DNA of 64,000 nt from Alphaproteobacteria bacterium (GCA_046290575.1 JBKAGX010000012.1:396-64395), one strand, 5' to 3'; positions 8,383-18,562 are shown, counted from the stretch's first letter. The notes: a model not told the origin generated them from the letters alone. Program-made: numbers and translations.

Positions 8383-8790
8383 CCCCAAATCCTTCAGCTC
8401 TGCGGCCATGTCGGGCGGCAGGTCGTCGGCATCGCCTTCTTTCAGGTCGGGCGGGGCGTCGGCGGGGTCGAGATAGCGCCAGCCCTGATGCGCGCGGCGG
8501 GGATAGGGCTGGGTCACCACCACCTCGCTATCCAGATAGATGTTGCAATAGCCGCGGCCATTGTCGTCTTCCAGCCGCTCCACCCTCAGCGCCCTCTGTC
8601 GCGCGCGGAACTGCCCGCCGATAATCCAGTAGATCGAGCCGCCATCCAGCAACTCCTCCACGCGCTTGGGCACGTTGCGGGTGGTGATGTAGATCCCGCC
8701 CTGACGTTCTTGGGCGCGCACCGCCATTACCTCTTTCAGATGATCGAGGTCGCTGACGCCGACAGCGGGCCGGGAAATGTGGACGGTCAT
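8374..8790 (-). CDS. DUF1489 family protein
   Basis: 138 aa. LLDGGSIYWIIGG and HQGWRYLDPADAPPDL match my recollection of conserved DUF1489 blocks. Confidence 0.75.
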   Translation of the reverse strand: MTVHISRPAVGVSDLDHLKEVMAVRAQERQGGIYITTRNVPKRVEELLDGGSIYWIIGGQFRARQRALRVERLEDDNGRGYCNIYLDSEVVVTQPYPRRAHQGWRYLDPADAPPDLKEGDADDLPPDMAAELKDLGLL

Positions 8791-8820
8791 ACGCTCCTAT
8801 CCTGGCAACGCGCGCCCATA

Positions 8821-10203
8821 TCAGTCGTTCAGCATCTGGACGTATTTTGCTGCGTTTTCGCCCGCAAGCTTGCCGAAGACCAGGCAGGGGCCATAGGACC
8901 CGCCGCCGCCGACATAGACGTCCCCGTGCAGATTGCCCACCGTTTCGCCCGCGGCATAGAGGCCACGGATCGGCTTTTCGGCCTTGTCGATCACACAGGT
9001 ATCCGCATTGATGCGCAGGCCGGTACCGGTCCAGCAGAGGATGGCGGGCCTGATTTCCACGGCATAAAAAGGCGGGGTTCTGATCGGCGCCATAGGCGCC
9101 TGTTTGAAGAAGGCGGTGTCCTCGCCCGCCTCGACATCGCTGTTGTAGCGCTGGGCGGTCCCTTCCAGGCCCTCCGCATCGATCCCAGCCAGCGCGGCCA
9201 GTTCGGCCAGGGAGTCCGCGCGGAAGATCCGCCCCTCATCGGCCTTTTGCTCAAGCACTTCATTGACCCAATAGGCCTGGAAGAACGGTGTCCGTTTCGC
9301 AGCGGCGCGCGTCGGCTCGTCAAAGATGGCATAGGCGTTCCCGCCCTGTTTGTTCAGCAGGCCGGCGATGACCGTATAGTTGCCGGTTTCGTCACAGAAC
9401 CGGTGACCATCCTGATTCACCATGATGATCCAGCCCGGCAACGCGACTTCGAGATCGCGGCTGAACCCGGGCGTCGCCAGCATCAGCGCGCGGTCATGGC
9501 CATCGACCACGCCGCCGACAGACTGGCCCAGCGTGATCCCGTCGCCCCGGGCACCCTCGGCACCGATATACCAGCCCCAGTCACCCGTCGCCGCTGCCCT
9601 GGGCAGGTATTTCTCGATCATCTCCGGATTGTTGCCGAAGCCGCCGGTCGCCATAATGACCGCACCGCAGGTCGCCTCGTCGTCACCGATTTGGATCCCG
9701 GTCACCCGGCCCTCCTCATTGGTCACGAGCCCGGTCACACGGGCATCGAGAACGAGATCGACGCCCTTGGTGCTGCGGTGTCCTTCCAGCACATTGATGA
9801 CCTCCTGGCCCTCGCCCTCGGGCGGATGGCCACGCGGCGTCGAGCCGACGCCCGATGCATAGAGCTGGTCCGCCGGGTATTTCACCCCCAGCTCCATAAC
9901 CCATTCGAGGGTTGGCGCGGAAAGATCGCAGTAGCGGCGCACCACGGCCGGATCGACCAGATACTGGTTCAGCGTCATGTAGTGCTCGTACATGGCGTCA
10001 GCATTATCGCCGGTCACGCCCGCTTCTTTCTGAACCGACGTGCCTGCGGCGTAGAAATGGCCACCTGACAGCCGCGACGAGCCGCCGACCTGCTTTTCAC
10101 CTTCTACCACCAGGACGGAGGCACCGCTGTCTGCTGCTGCGACCGCAGCGGCTAGGCCAGCCGCACCCGAGCCGATGACAATAACATCATAGTCTCTTTC
10201 CAT
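8821..10203 (-). CDS. FAD-dependent oxidoreductase (fumarate reductase / 3-ketosteroid dehydrogenase flavoprotein-like)
   Basis: 460 aa with N-terminal dinucleotide fold YDVIVIGSGAAGLAAAVAAADSGASVLVVE and C-terminal GLYAAGE motif. Confidence 0.8.
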   Translation of the reverse strand: MERDYDVIVIGSGAAGLAAAVAAADSGASVLVVEGEKQVGGSSRLSGGHFYAAGTSVQKEAGVTGDNADAMYEHYMTLNQYLVDPAVVRRYCDLSAPTLEWVMELGVKYPADQLYASGVGSTPRGHPPEGEGQEVINVLEGHRSTKGVDLVLDARVTGLVTNEEGRVTGIQIGDDEATCGAVIMATGGFGNNPEMIEKYLPRAAATGDWGWYIGAEGARGDGITLGQSVGGVVDGHDRALMLATPGFSRDLEVALPGWIIMVNQDGHRFCDETGNYTVIAGLLNKQGGNAYAIFDEPTRAAAKRTPFFQAYWVNEVLEQKADEGRIFRADSLAELAALAGIDAEGLEGTAQRYNSDVEAGEDTAFFKQAPMAPIRTPPFYAVEIRPAILCWTGTGLRINADTCVIDKAEKPIRGLYAAGETVGNLHGDVYVGGGGSYGPCLVFGKLAGENAAKYVQMLND

Positions 10204-10298
10204 AATTCACCCTCCCCCGATACGCCGCTTCCAAAAAAGGCGCTCTCCATCCAAGCAAAATCGGGCCCATGAGGGAAGCCCGTTCATGTCTCGATACA

Positions 10299-10358
10299 CC
10301 GTTCCCTACGAACGGCACTCGACACGAACGGCTTTTTCTACACACCGTTCGTCTCGAG
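10299..10358 (-). repeat. tandem inverted repeats built from GAACGG/CCGTTC, downstream of the thiolase gene
   Basis: CCGTTC-cctac-GAACGG at 10299-10315. CTCGACACGAACGG-(13 nt)-CCGTTCGTCTCGAG at 10318-10358, with 13 of 14 bases paired. No U-tract follows. Confidence 0.6.
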
Positions 10359-10411
10359 TGGCGGGTGCGCGAGCAACCGCTGTATTGAGAGACGGAGCCG
10401 GAGGCGAACCC

Positions 10412-11596
10412 TTAAGCTGCGCGTTCAATCGCCATAGCCGTCGCCTCACCACCGCCGAGGCAAATGCCCGCGACGCCGCGCTTCAGGTTGTGTTTTTCCA
10501 TCGCACCCAGCAGCGTGACCAGAATCCGCGCGCCCGACGCGCCCACCGGGTGGCCCAGCGCACAGGCGCCGCCATGGACGTTCAGAATGTCATGGCCAAC
10601 GCCCAGATCGTGCATCACCGCCATGGGGACGACAGCAAAGGCCTCATTGATCTCGAACAGATCGACATCGTCCTTGGACCAGCCGGTCTTGTCGAACAGG
10701 CGCTGCACAGCACCCACCGGCGCCGTGGTGAACCAGGCCGGTTCCTGCGCAAAAGTGGCCTGGCCGACAATGGTGGCCAGCGGCGTCACGCCGCGCTTTT
10801 CGGCTTCCGACCGGCGCATCAGGACGAGGGCCGCCGCCCCGTCGGAGATCGAGCTGGAATTGGCCGCCGTTACCGTGCCGTCCTTGGCGAAGGCCGGGCG
10901 CAGATTGGGAATCTTGTCCAGATCGGCGTTGCGTGGCTGTTCATCCGTCGCGATCACCGTCTCGCCCTTGCGGGTCTTGATAGTCACCGGCGCGATTTCG
11001 CGCGCAAATGTGCCGTCTTCATTGGCGGTCTGGGCGCGTTTCAGCGAGTTGATCGCGAAGTCGTCCTGCTGTTCGCGGGTGAACTGATAGCGCTGCGCGG
11101 TCGCTTCGGCATAGGTGCCCATCAGCCGGTTGTCGTTAAAGTCTTCCAGGCCGTCGACGAACATGTGGTCCTTGACCTCGCCATGGCCCATGCGCAGGCC
11201 CTCACGCGCCTTCGGCAGCAGGTAGGGCGCGTTGGTCATGCTTTCGAGACCACCGGCCACGATGATATCGGCAGCGCCTGCGGCAATCATGTCATGCGAC
11301 TGCATCACCGCCTTCATGCCCGAGCCACACATCTTGTTGACCGTGGTCGCGCCGACGCTGACAGGCAGGCCGCCCGCGATCCCCGCCTGACGCGCCGGGG
11401 CCTGGCCCAGCCCCGCAGGCAGCACGCAGCCCATCACGCATTCGTCGAAATCCTCCGGCGCGATGCCAGCCTCACCGATGGCCTTGGCAACGGCGACGCC
11501 ACCAAGCTCTGTGGCTTTCATGGACGCAAGTTCACCCTGAAACCCGCCCATGGGCGTACGGCCAATACCGGCAATGACGATGGGATCTTCTGACAT
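10412..11596 (-). CDS. acetyl-CoA C-acetyltransferase (thiolase II)
   Basis: 394 aa with active-site VNKMCGSGMKAV, GHPVGASGARI, and C-terminal ICLGGGEATAMAIE. Confidence 0.93.
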   Translation of the reverse strand: MSEDPIVIAGIGRTPMGGFQGELASMKATELGGVAVAKAIGEAGIAPEDFDECVMGCVLPAGLGQAPARQAGIAGGLPVSVGATTVNKMCGSGMKAVMQSHDMIAAGAADIIVAGGLESMTNAPYLLPKAREGLRMGHGEVKDHMFVDGLEDFNDNRLMGTYAEATAQRYQFTREQQDDFAINSLKRAQTANEDGTFAREIAPVTIKTRKGETVIATDEQPRNADLDKIPNLRPAFAKDGTVTAANSSSISDGAAALVLMRRSEAEKRGVTPLATIVGQATFAQEPAWFTTAPVGAVQRLFDKTGWSKDDVDLFEINEAFAVVPMAVMHDLGVGHDILNVHGGACALGHPVGASGARILVTLLGAMEKHNLKRGVAGICLGGGEATAMAIERAA

Positions 11597-11608
11597 GGAT
11601 GTCTCCTT

Positions 11609-13009
11609 CTAGAGCAGTACGAGAGCCGCCAGGCCGAGAAATGCCAGGAAGCCAATAACGTCGGTCACCGTGGTGACAAAAACACTGGAGGCGACGGCGG
11701 GATCGACGCCGGCGCGCGAGAGGCCGATGGGTACCAGAATGCCCGCCAGCGCTGCAACGATCATATTGATGATCATCGCCGCGCCGATCACCCCGCCCAG
11801 CGGCCAGTTCTGGAACCACAGCGCCGTGGCCACACCCATGATAGCGGCAAAGAGCAGGCCGTTGATGCCACCGACCATGAGTTCGCGGCCCACGGTGCGC
11901 AGCATATTGCTGGCCGTCAGTTCCTTCATGCCCAGCGCGCGGACCGCAACGGTCAGCGTCTGCGTGCCGGCATTGCCGCCCATAGAGGCGACAATGGGCA
12001 TCAGAATTGCCAGCGCGACCATCTGCTCGATGCTGGCATCGAACTGGGCAATCACCAGCGACGCCAAAATCGCGGTCGCCAAATTTGCCAGCAGCCACAC
12101 AAAGCGGTCACGGGTCGTGCGCAACGTCGATTCGTGAACGCCGCCTTCGCTGACACCGCCCAGCAGCATGATGTCTTCTTCCGCCTCTTCGCGGATCACG
12201 TCGACGATATCATCGACCATGATCACACCCAGCAGGCGCTTCTCGCTATCGACCACCAGGGCGGAGACCAGATTGTACTGGCCGAATTGGAACGCCACGT
12301 CTTCCTGGTCGGCATTCGCATCGATCAGGATCGGGTCAGGCCGCATGATCTCTTCGATCACGACCGGCCGTTTGGCCCGCATAAACCGGTTAAGAGGCAC
12401 GGATCCGACCGGTTTCATACGTGGGTCGACGACAAAGATCTCGTAGAAATCCTCCGGCAGATCATCCGTATCGCGCATGTAGTCGATGGCCTGCCCGACA
12501 GTCCAGTAGGAGGGGATCGCGATGAAATCCCGCTGCATGAGGCGGCCGGCGCTGTCCTCGGGAAAACCAAGCGCGGCTTCAACTTCGGCGCGCTCCTCAT
12601 CGGGCACCGAGTCGAGCACCTCCCGCCGGTCGCCTTCGTTCAAATCCTCGAGAACATAGGCGGCATCATCCGCGTCCAGTTCGGTGATGGCCGCGGCCAG
12701 TTCTTCCGGCTCAAGGTGCTCGATGACGTCATCGCGGACGGCCTCGCCCAGTTCGGGAAGCGCTTCGGCGGCCAGCATGTCGCGAATGGCATCAAGCAGA
12801 AGCAGGCGCATCCGGTGCGAAAGCTGCTCAATAAGATCGGCCTGATCGGCTGCGTGGAATTCACCCACCAGCCGGCGTACGAAATCCGTGTCCTCACGGC
12901 GAAGTGCGTCGACTACCTCGCGAACGACATCGGCTGAAATAACAGAAGAGTCCTCGGCGGTCGCTGCCGGAGGCTGTTCGGCGATCAAATCGTCCCGCTC
13001 CATCCGCAC
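11609..13009 (-). CDS. mgtE: magnesium transporter MgtE
   Basis: 466 aa with an acidic N-domain, a CBS pair, and a C-terminal membrane domain containing MGGNAGTQ. Confidence 0.9.
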   Translation of the reverse strand: MRMERDDLIAEQPPAATAEDSSVISADVVREVVDALRREDTDFVRRLVGEFHAADQADLIEQLSHRMRLLLLDAIRDMLAAEALPELGEAVRDDVIEHLEPEELAAAITELDADDAAYVLEDLNEGDRREVLDSVPDEERAEVEAALGFPEDSAGRLMQRDFIAIPSYWTVGQAIDYMRDTDDLPEDFYEIFVVDPRMKPVGSVPLNRFMRAKRPVVIEEIMRPDPILIDANADQEDVAFQFGQYNLVSALVVDSEKRLLGVIMVDDIVDVIREEAEEDIMLLGGVSEGGVHESTLRTTRDRFVWLLANLATAILASLVIAQFDASIEQMVALAILMPIVASMGGNAGTQTLTVAVRALGMKELTASNMLRTVGRELMVGGINGLLFAAIMGVATALWFQNWPLGGVIGAAMIINMIVAALAGILVPIGLSRAGVDPAVASSVFVTTVTDVIGFLAFLGLAALVLL

Positions 13010-13089
13010 TCTCCGCCAAATCCAAGGGGGTCATCGTGAAAAGGCCTGCAAGGTCTCAAGATAGAGCGCCCTGCAGGCCTTTTCCAATC

Positions 13090-13177
13090 TGGTGCGGTCG
13101 AGAAGACTCGAACTTCCACGGGCTTATCACCCACAGCGACCTCAACGCTGCGCGTCTACCAATTCCGCCACGACCGC
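13090..13177 (-). tRNA. tRNA-Leu (anticodon GAG)
   Basis: The reverse complement reads GCGGTCGTGGCGGAATTGGTAGACGCGCAGCGTTGAGGTCGCTGTGGGTGATAAGCCCGTGGAAGTTCGAGTCTTCTCGACCGCACCA. It has a 7-bp acceptor stem, a long variable arm, the loop TTGAGGT, and an encoded CCA. Confidence 0.93.
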
Positions 13178-13241
13178 AGTTGGGTGAGAGGGAGTACCAA
13201 AAACAGGGTAGGGCCGCAAGCGTGGGCTCACGAAAACGAGG

Positions 13242-13973
13242 CTAAATCCCGTCGCCGACATGAATGCCGCATTCGGTCTTGTCGGTGCCCGCCCACCGGC
13301 CGGCCCGGTAATCCTCGCCTTCCTGAACCCGACGGGTACAGGGCATGCAGCCAATGGAGAGATAGCCGTCCATCACGAGGGGATGGCGCGGCAAGTTTTT
13401 CTCTTTGGCGATGGCCTGCAAATCGGCCAGATCATGGTTGGCAAGCGGGTTGATCTTGATCTTGCCAGCGCTCTCTTCGATCAGGTCTAGATTGGCACGC
13501 TCTGCCGTCTGAAACCGCTTGCGCCCGGTGATCCAGGCATCGAATCCTTCCAGCGCGCGGTCCAGGGGCCGCGTTTTGCGCAGATCGCAGCAGGCGTCCT
13601 GATCGCGCGTCCACAGCAGGCCGTTGTGGTCTTCGGCTTCCAGTTCGTCTTCATCGGGCTTGAGGGAACGGATATCGGTCAGGCCGAACCGCTCCTGAAG
13701 CTTGTCGCGGTAGCGCAGGGTCTCACCGAACAGCTTGCCCGTGTTCAGAAACAGAATGGGGGTTGAGGGATCGATGGCGGCCACCATCTCGATCAGCACG
13801 GCCGACTCCGACCCGAAGGACGACACCAGACCGATCCGGCCCGGAAAGGCATCCTTGATCATGACTTCCAGCAGATCCCGGCCATCGAGATGCCCATAAG
13901 CCTGCCGCAACGACACCGCGTCACTGACAACCCCTTCTTCTGGCTTCTGTAACGCCATGCTCATTTCAGCCAT
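13242..13973 (-). CDS. cysH: phosphoadenylyl-sulfate (PAPS/APS) reductase
   Basis: 243 aa with C-terminal KTECGIH motif. The alternative ATG at 13964 would give an ATGA overlap with the upstream stop. Confidence 0.88.
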   Translation of the reverse strand: MAEMSMALQKPEEGVVSDAVSLRQAYGHLDGRDLLEVMIKDAFPGRIGLVSSFGSESAVLIEMVAAIDPSTPILFLNTGKLFGETLRYRDKLQERFGLTDIRSLKPDEDELEAEDHNGLLWTRDQDACCDLRKTRPLDRALEGFDAWITGRKRFQTAERANLDLIEESAGKIKINPLANHDLADLQAIAKEKNLPRHPLVMDGYLSIGCMPCTRRVQEGEDYRAGRWAGTDKTECGIHVGDGI

Positions 13974-14494
13974 CCGTTCTCTTCGATCATCGCATCCGTC
14001 CGGCGTGCCAGAGTAGGCAGGTCGGCGCCTTCATTCATCCATTGCCGCCTTTTCGCGGCGAGTTCATCGAGCCGTCCGGCCCATTCCGGCCCAAACTGAG
14101 CCTCGAAATACCGGCGCAGCGCCCGGGCCAGCCCCGGACTTTTGCCGCCGGTCGCGATGGTCAACAGCAGGTCCCCCCGCCTGACCATCCCCGGGACATG
14201 GAAGTCGCAAAGGTCAATCACGTCTTCCACATTCACCAGCGCCCCGGCCTCGTGCGCCATGGCGGCAACCTGTTCCGATTGGACACGGTCCAGATCGGCG
14301 ACATAGACCACATCAAATCCATCGAGCGCGCCCGCGGCAGGCGGCACTTCAAAGACAGCAAGCTTCGTAGCGCCACCCTCTTTAAGCTGCTCCACGCGCC
14401 TGGACGCCGCGGGACCGTTGCCCACAACTGCCGCAGCGATCCGCGCAGGGTCAAGCATGATAGGAATCAACGGCAGCGCCCTTCTATTGAACAC
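13961..14494 (-). CDS. precorrin-2 dehydrogenase / sirohydrochlorin ferrochelatase (CysG N-terminal / Met8-like)
   Basis: 177 aa with NAD fold AAVVGNGPAASRRVEQL. Directly upstream of cysH. Start uncertain: GTG 14494 or ATG 14458. Confidence 0.6.
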   Translation of the reverse strand: MFNRRALPLIPIMLDPARIAAAVVGNGPAASRRVEQLKEGGATKLAVFEVPPAAGALDGFDVVYVADLDRVQSEQVAAMAHEAGALVNVEDVIDLCDFHVPGMVRRGDLLLTIATGGKSPGLARALRRYFEAQFGPEWAGRLDELAAKRRQWMNEGADLPTLARRTDAMIEENGWLK

Positions 14495-14567
14495 TCCATA
14501 TTAGGTTTAAGAACTAATTTCGCAAGCTTGAATGTATAAATTTATTAAATACACAATAAAAATGTAG

Positions 14568-14978
14568 TTATTGCAAGTGAAACCAATCCGAAAAGGCCTG
14601 AACGTCATAAACCTCCCGGTACCGCATTACCTTGTCACCCCGCACAGAGATCGAATCCGCCTTCATCAGAGTCATCACCGCCCCAGACCGGCGGTGACGA
14701 ACGTCCAATTCCGACAGGAAGAGCGCACCGAAATCATCTGTAACCGATGACACCACGTCATAGCGGGTAATCTCGACATGCTCCCATACGGTATCGAGGA
14801 AGTCCTGCAGACCGGCAACCCCGTGCCACGTCCCCGCCCACGGAATTTGAGTCTTGTCCCCACAGGATTCGAACACCAGATCTTCAGCCAACAGATCGGC
14901 AGCGGGAACAGGCCCACGAGTCGGATAGTCGTGATAGAATTGCATCATCGCTGCCTGAAAGGCGCGTTCTTTACCCAT
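14568..14978 (-). CDS. SnoaL/NTF2-like fold protein
   Basis: 136-aa ORF whose size and pattern are typical of NTF2-like proteins. No catalytic motif identified. Confidence 0.45.
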   Translation of the reverse strand: MGKERAFQAAMMQFYHDYPTRGPVPAADLLAEDLVFESCGDKTQIPWAGTWHGVAGLQDFLDTVWEHVEITRYDVVSSVTDDFGALFLSELDVRHRRSGAVMTLMKADSISVRGDKVMRYREVYDVQAFSDWFHLQ

Positions 14979-14996
14979 AATCTTGACCTTTCCAAA

Positions 14997-15680
14997 ATGT
15001 CAGCACCGTCAAAACCGACAGAGCATGCAACTCCCGCGTCAGGGGATCAAGCACCCGATGTCGCATGGATTGTATCCGATGCGCCGGTCCCCTACCTGGA
15101 GGCCCAGCACTTTATGGACCAAAGGGTTGCCGAGATTGCCGGGGGCCAGGCGCCGGAGACGGTCTGGCTGCTGGAGCACCCACCGCTCTACACCGCCGGC
15201 ACCAGCGCGCAGGCCAATGATCTCATCAGCCCTGACAGGTTCCCGGTTTTCGAGACCGGGCGCGGTGGCCAATACACCTACCACGGCCCCGGCCAGCGTG
15301 TCGTATATGTGATGCTGGACCTGAACCGACGGGGTCGCGACCTGCGCGCTTATGTGCGCGGCCTGGAACAGTGGATCATCGACGCGCTGGCCCGGTTCAC
15401 CGTGACGGGTGAGCGGCGCGATGGCCGTGTCGGCATCTGGGTCGATCAGGGTACCGGTCGCGAGGCAAAAATTGCCGCCGTCGGCGTCCGTATACGGCGC
15501 TGGGTGACCTTTCATGGCATATCAATCAACGTCAAACCCGACCTTGAACACTTTTCCGGGATCGTCCCCTGCGGCATTTCCGACCACGGTGTCACGTCTC
15601 TCGCTGACCTCGGCTTACCGGTGACGATGGCAGATCTTGATGTCGCCTTGCAGGACACGTTCAAGGCCAACTTTCCTTGA
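14997..15680 (+). CDS. lipB: lipoyl(octanoyl) transferase
   Basis: Start at ATG 14997 ([10 protein letters not shown]...), 227 aa, with [26 protein letters not shown] and PCGI motifs. Confidence 0.9.
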   Translation: MSAPSKPTEHATPASGDQAPDVAWIVSDAPVPYLEAQHFMDQRVAEIAGGQAPETVWLLEHPPLYTAGTSAQANDLISPDRFPVFETGRGGQYTYHGPGQRVVYVMLDLNRRGRDLRAYVRGLEQWIIDALARFTVTGERRDGRVGIWVDQGTGREAKIAAVGVRIRRWVTFHGISINVKPDLEHFSGIVPCGISDHGVTSLADLGLPVTMADLDVALQDTFKANFP

Positions 15681-15743
15681 CTGTACAGTAAGCTCTTATA
15701 GGATGTATATATGTGATTTATAATACAACTTATACGAGCTTTT

Positions 15744-16295
15744 ATGATCAGCCAAATATGGGGAAAACTGGGTATCGGTGTATTGGCCATCTTGGTGACG
15801 GGCTGCATCGCGGCGCCGCAAGATCAGAATCAATATGCCGACCGGGTTCGGGTGACGGACAGCGCGTTTGATGCGACCGTCGGCTATGAGGGGCCAGTCG
15901 TCCGCGCCGGCACACTTGCCTGGGGCAATGTCTACGGACAGGCCCTGCTCCGAAGCTTGAGAGACAAGCAAACCGGCCAAATGGCGCACCAGCTCTATGT
16001 CGATCTCGCCTATGACGGGCGGCGGTTCCGCTGGTTTGAAACCGCAAGCTTGATTGGCGGCCAGAGATTTGACCTGCTTCAAATCGACCATGAACGCCTG
16101 AATTGCAGCAAGGATCGCGAACCGCGGCCCTGCCGCTATGCGGAGACGGTTGGCTTGAACCTGTCGTTACCGTTTCTGCTTGCCCACGAACATTCGGGCT
16201 TCTCTGTTCGCCTGAATGCGCGCGAAGGGAGTATGATCGTGTTTGAGATACCACCGCATTACATACAAGGGCAATTGAAGGTTATTGGATACTAA
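15744..16295 (+). CDS. hypothetical lipoprotein
   Basis: 183 aa with lipobox LAILVTGC. AT-rich upstream region. No family recognised. Confidence 0.5.
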   Translation: MISQIWGKLGIGVLAILVTGCIAAPQDQNQYADRVRVTDSAFDATVGYEGPVVRAGTLAWGNVYGQALLRSLRDKQTGQMAHQLYVDLAYDGRRFRWFETASLIGGQRFDLLQIDHERLNCSKDREPRPCRYAETVGLNLSLPFLLAHEHSGFSVRLNAREGSMIVFEIPPHYIQGQLKVIGY

Positions 16296-16374
16296 GGGGG
16301 TCGACAGAGATCAATTCACTGTATCCTCAGGTGCGATCTCTCCATAATATGAGTTACTCAAACAGACGAGAAAA

Positions 16375-16908
16375 TTGATGATCGATCGCCGCAGAATGTT
16401 GACCGGTATTGCGGGCGGAATTGCCCTTGCGGCCTGTTGGCCGACAACTCGTGTCGCAGCAAGCGTCAGCCATCGATCCATTAATTTGGTCAATCTGCAT
16501 ACGGGCGAACGGTTCTCCGGCACCTATGCCGAGAAAGGCTCGCCACTACCTGATGCGCTGTCGGAGTTGAGCCGCGTTTTGCGGGACCACCGGACAGGCG
16601 ACGTGCACGAAATCGATCCCCGTCTGTTTGACTGGATGAGGTCATTGCAGGACCGCCTCGGCGGCACCGAATTCGGCATTATCTCAGGGTACCGATCGCC
16701 AAAGTCGAACCAGATGTTGCGCGGCAAAAGCAACGGCGTGGCCAAGAAGAGCTGGCACATGCAAGGCCGCGCCATAGATCTGCGGCTTGCCGGTAGTGAT
16801 ACGGCCGACCTGCGCAAGCTTGCCATCGCCGACCGGTTGGGCGGTGTCGGCTACTATGCCAAGTCTGACTTCGTCCACCTCGACACCGGACGGCCGCGCT
16901 CTTGGTAG
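16375..16908 (+). CDS. DUF882 / YcbK-like peptidase M15A-fold protein with Tat signal
   Basis: RRRMLTG twin-arginine signal, plus YRSPKSN, HMQGRAIDL and FVHLDTG motifs. Confidence 0.85.
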   Translation: MMIDRRRMLTGIAGGIALAACWPTTRVAASVSHRSINLVNLHTGERFSGTYAEKGSPLPDALSELSRVLRDHRTGDVHEIDPRLFDWMRSLQDRLGGTEFGIISGYRSPKSNQMLRGKSNGVAKKSWHMQGRAIDLRLAGSDTADLRKLAIADRLGGVGYYAKSDFVHLDTGRPRSW

Positions 16909-18539
16909 CGACGCAGCCCTTGAACGGGCTGCTGAACTTTTTAGCAGCCATTGGCCTGCTTCTGGCAGTCCTGCCCCTTACCAGCCGTCCGGCATACAGT
17001 CAGGCTGTTTCCCCCGAGCAGCAGATCAAGCAGCTGCTGGACCGGGTGCTTACCAGCGAAGGCGCGCAGGTCCGCGGCGAAACAATCGCGGACCCTGCTG
17101 CTCTTCTGTCGTTTTACGCCGAGCGCGATTTCAAGCCCTTGTGGCGCAATCCCGGCCGCTATCATGCGATGGTGGCACAACTCAATAACGCGGCGCGTCA
17201 CGGCCTCACGCCGGCGCACTATCACGCGGATGCCCTTCGGCCAGGAATGGCATCACAGGCGGATTGGACCGCCGAAGATGAAGTCCTGGCCACTGATGGC
17301 CTGAAACAGCTCTTGCGAAACCTCCGTTTCGGCCGCGTCGACCCGGTCTCGCTTGACCCACGCTGGAACATCGCCCGCCCTGCCGACCGAGAGTATGGTC
17401 TCGAACAGCTTCGGGCACTCGAAAGTGTTGACGACCTGGTTGACACAATACGCACCGCGGCGCCCCAACACTTTTTCTATGACGGGCTGATGACCGTGCT
17501 GGCCCGATATCGAGACCTAAGTGAAAATGTGGCCTCTACGCTTGTCCCCGCTGGCGCAGCCCTAAAACCAGACATGACCGACCCCAGGGTCACCTTGTTG
17601 CGCCAGCGTCTGGAGGCGACAGACGAAGTCGGCCCCGCAGACCCGGACGCTGCAGACCGCTATAATGAGGCCTTGGTCGAAGCCGTGAAACGCTTCCAGG
17701 TCCGTCACGGCCTTGATGCAGATGGCGTTGTCGGCCCGGAGACACTGCGGGCCCTGAACGTTTCATTCGAAGACAGGGTCCAGCAAATCCGCGTGAATCT
17801 GGAGCGGGCCCGCTGGGTCTTGCATGACCTGAGCGACGAATTTCTGGTCGTCAATATCGCTGGCTTTGAGGTTTTCCTCGTCCGTGGCGGCAGCCCGGTT
17901 TGGAACAGCCGCGTGGTCGTGGGACGCACCTATCGTAAGACGCCGGTGTTCAAAGCCGAGATGTCGTACCTGGTTCTCAATCCGACCTGGACCATCCCAC
18001 CGACCATCCTGCGGAAGGACAAACTACCGGCCATCGCCAAGGACGTCAGCTATCTGGCCAAGAACAATATGCAGATTGTTGACCGGACCGGTCGGGCGGT
18101 CGACCCCGCCACGATCGACTGGACGCAGACAACCGCCAGGGGCTTCCCCTATCAGATCGTGCAACGCCCCGGACCGGACAACGCGTTGGGACAGATCAAG
18201 TTCATGTTCCCCAACGATCACTTCGTCTATCTGCACGATACGCCCAGCCGGGAGCTCTTCGGCAAGGCATCCCGGGCGTTCAGCTCAGGCTGCGTCAGGG
18301 TTGAAAATCCGCTCGACCTGGCAGAACGGCTGTTGGCCGGGCAGGAGGACTGGACGCGCGAGACCATCGAGAAGGCCATCGCGACCGGCAGGCTGCGCAA
18401 CGTCACGCTCACCAAAAAAATGCCGATCATCATCATGTATTGGACGGTGCAGCCGAGCCCGGCTGTTGGCGTCCGCTTCTTCCGGGATGTCTATGAGCGC
18501 GACGCGGCGGTTCTCGCAGCCCTGAATGCCAACCGCTAA
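16902..18539 (+). CDS. L,D-transpeptidase (YcbB/LdtD-like) with peptidoglycan-binding domain
   Basis: 545 aa with PG-binding VKRFQVRHGLDADGVVG and YkuD catalytic HDTP....SSGCVRV. Overlaps the DUF882 gene end by 7 nt. Confidence 0.88.
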   Translation: MVATQPLNGLLNFLAAIGLLLAVLPLTSRPAYSQAVSPEQQIKQLLDRVLTSEGAQVRGETIADPAALLSFYAERDFKPLWRNPGRYHAMVAQLNNAARHGLTPAHYHADALRPGMASQADWTAEDEVLATDGLKQLLRNLRFGRVDPVSLDPRWNIARPADREYGLEQLRALESVDDLVDTIRTAAPQHFFYDGLMTVLARYRDLSENVASTLVPAGAALKPDMTDPRVTLLRQRLEATDEVGPADPDAADRYNEALVEAVKRFQVRHGLDADGVVGPETLRALNVSFEDRVQQIRVNLERARWVLHDLSDEFLVVNIAGFEVFLVRGGSPVWNSRVVVGRTYRKTPVFKAEMSYLVLNPTWTIPPTILRKDKLPAIAKDVSYLAKNNMQIVDRTGRAVDPATIDWTQTTARGFPYQIVQRPGPDNALGQIKFMFPNDHFVYLHDTPSRELFGKASRAFSSGCVRVENPLDLAERLLAGQEDWTRETIEKAIATGRLRNVTLTKKMPIIIMYWTVQPSPAVGVRFFRDVYERDAAVLAALNANR

Positions 18540-18562
18540 CCGGGCTTCTCGCAGACTGGCGC

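Noticed and set aside
13010-13241. Genomic island or integrase at the tRNA-Leu locus; also the plus-strand ORFs 13036..13245 and 13184..13453
   Set aside because: Both flanks are housekeeping genes (mgtE, cysH). There are no direct repeats of the tRNA 3' end and no integrase. The ORFs overlap the tRNA or cysH and look spurious.
14495-14567. AT-rich 73-nt spacer upstream of the cysG-like/cysH operon (and 15681..15743) as a possible mobile-element remnant
   Set aside because: They are short, lack repeats or ORFs, and are positioned as ordinary promoter regions.
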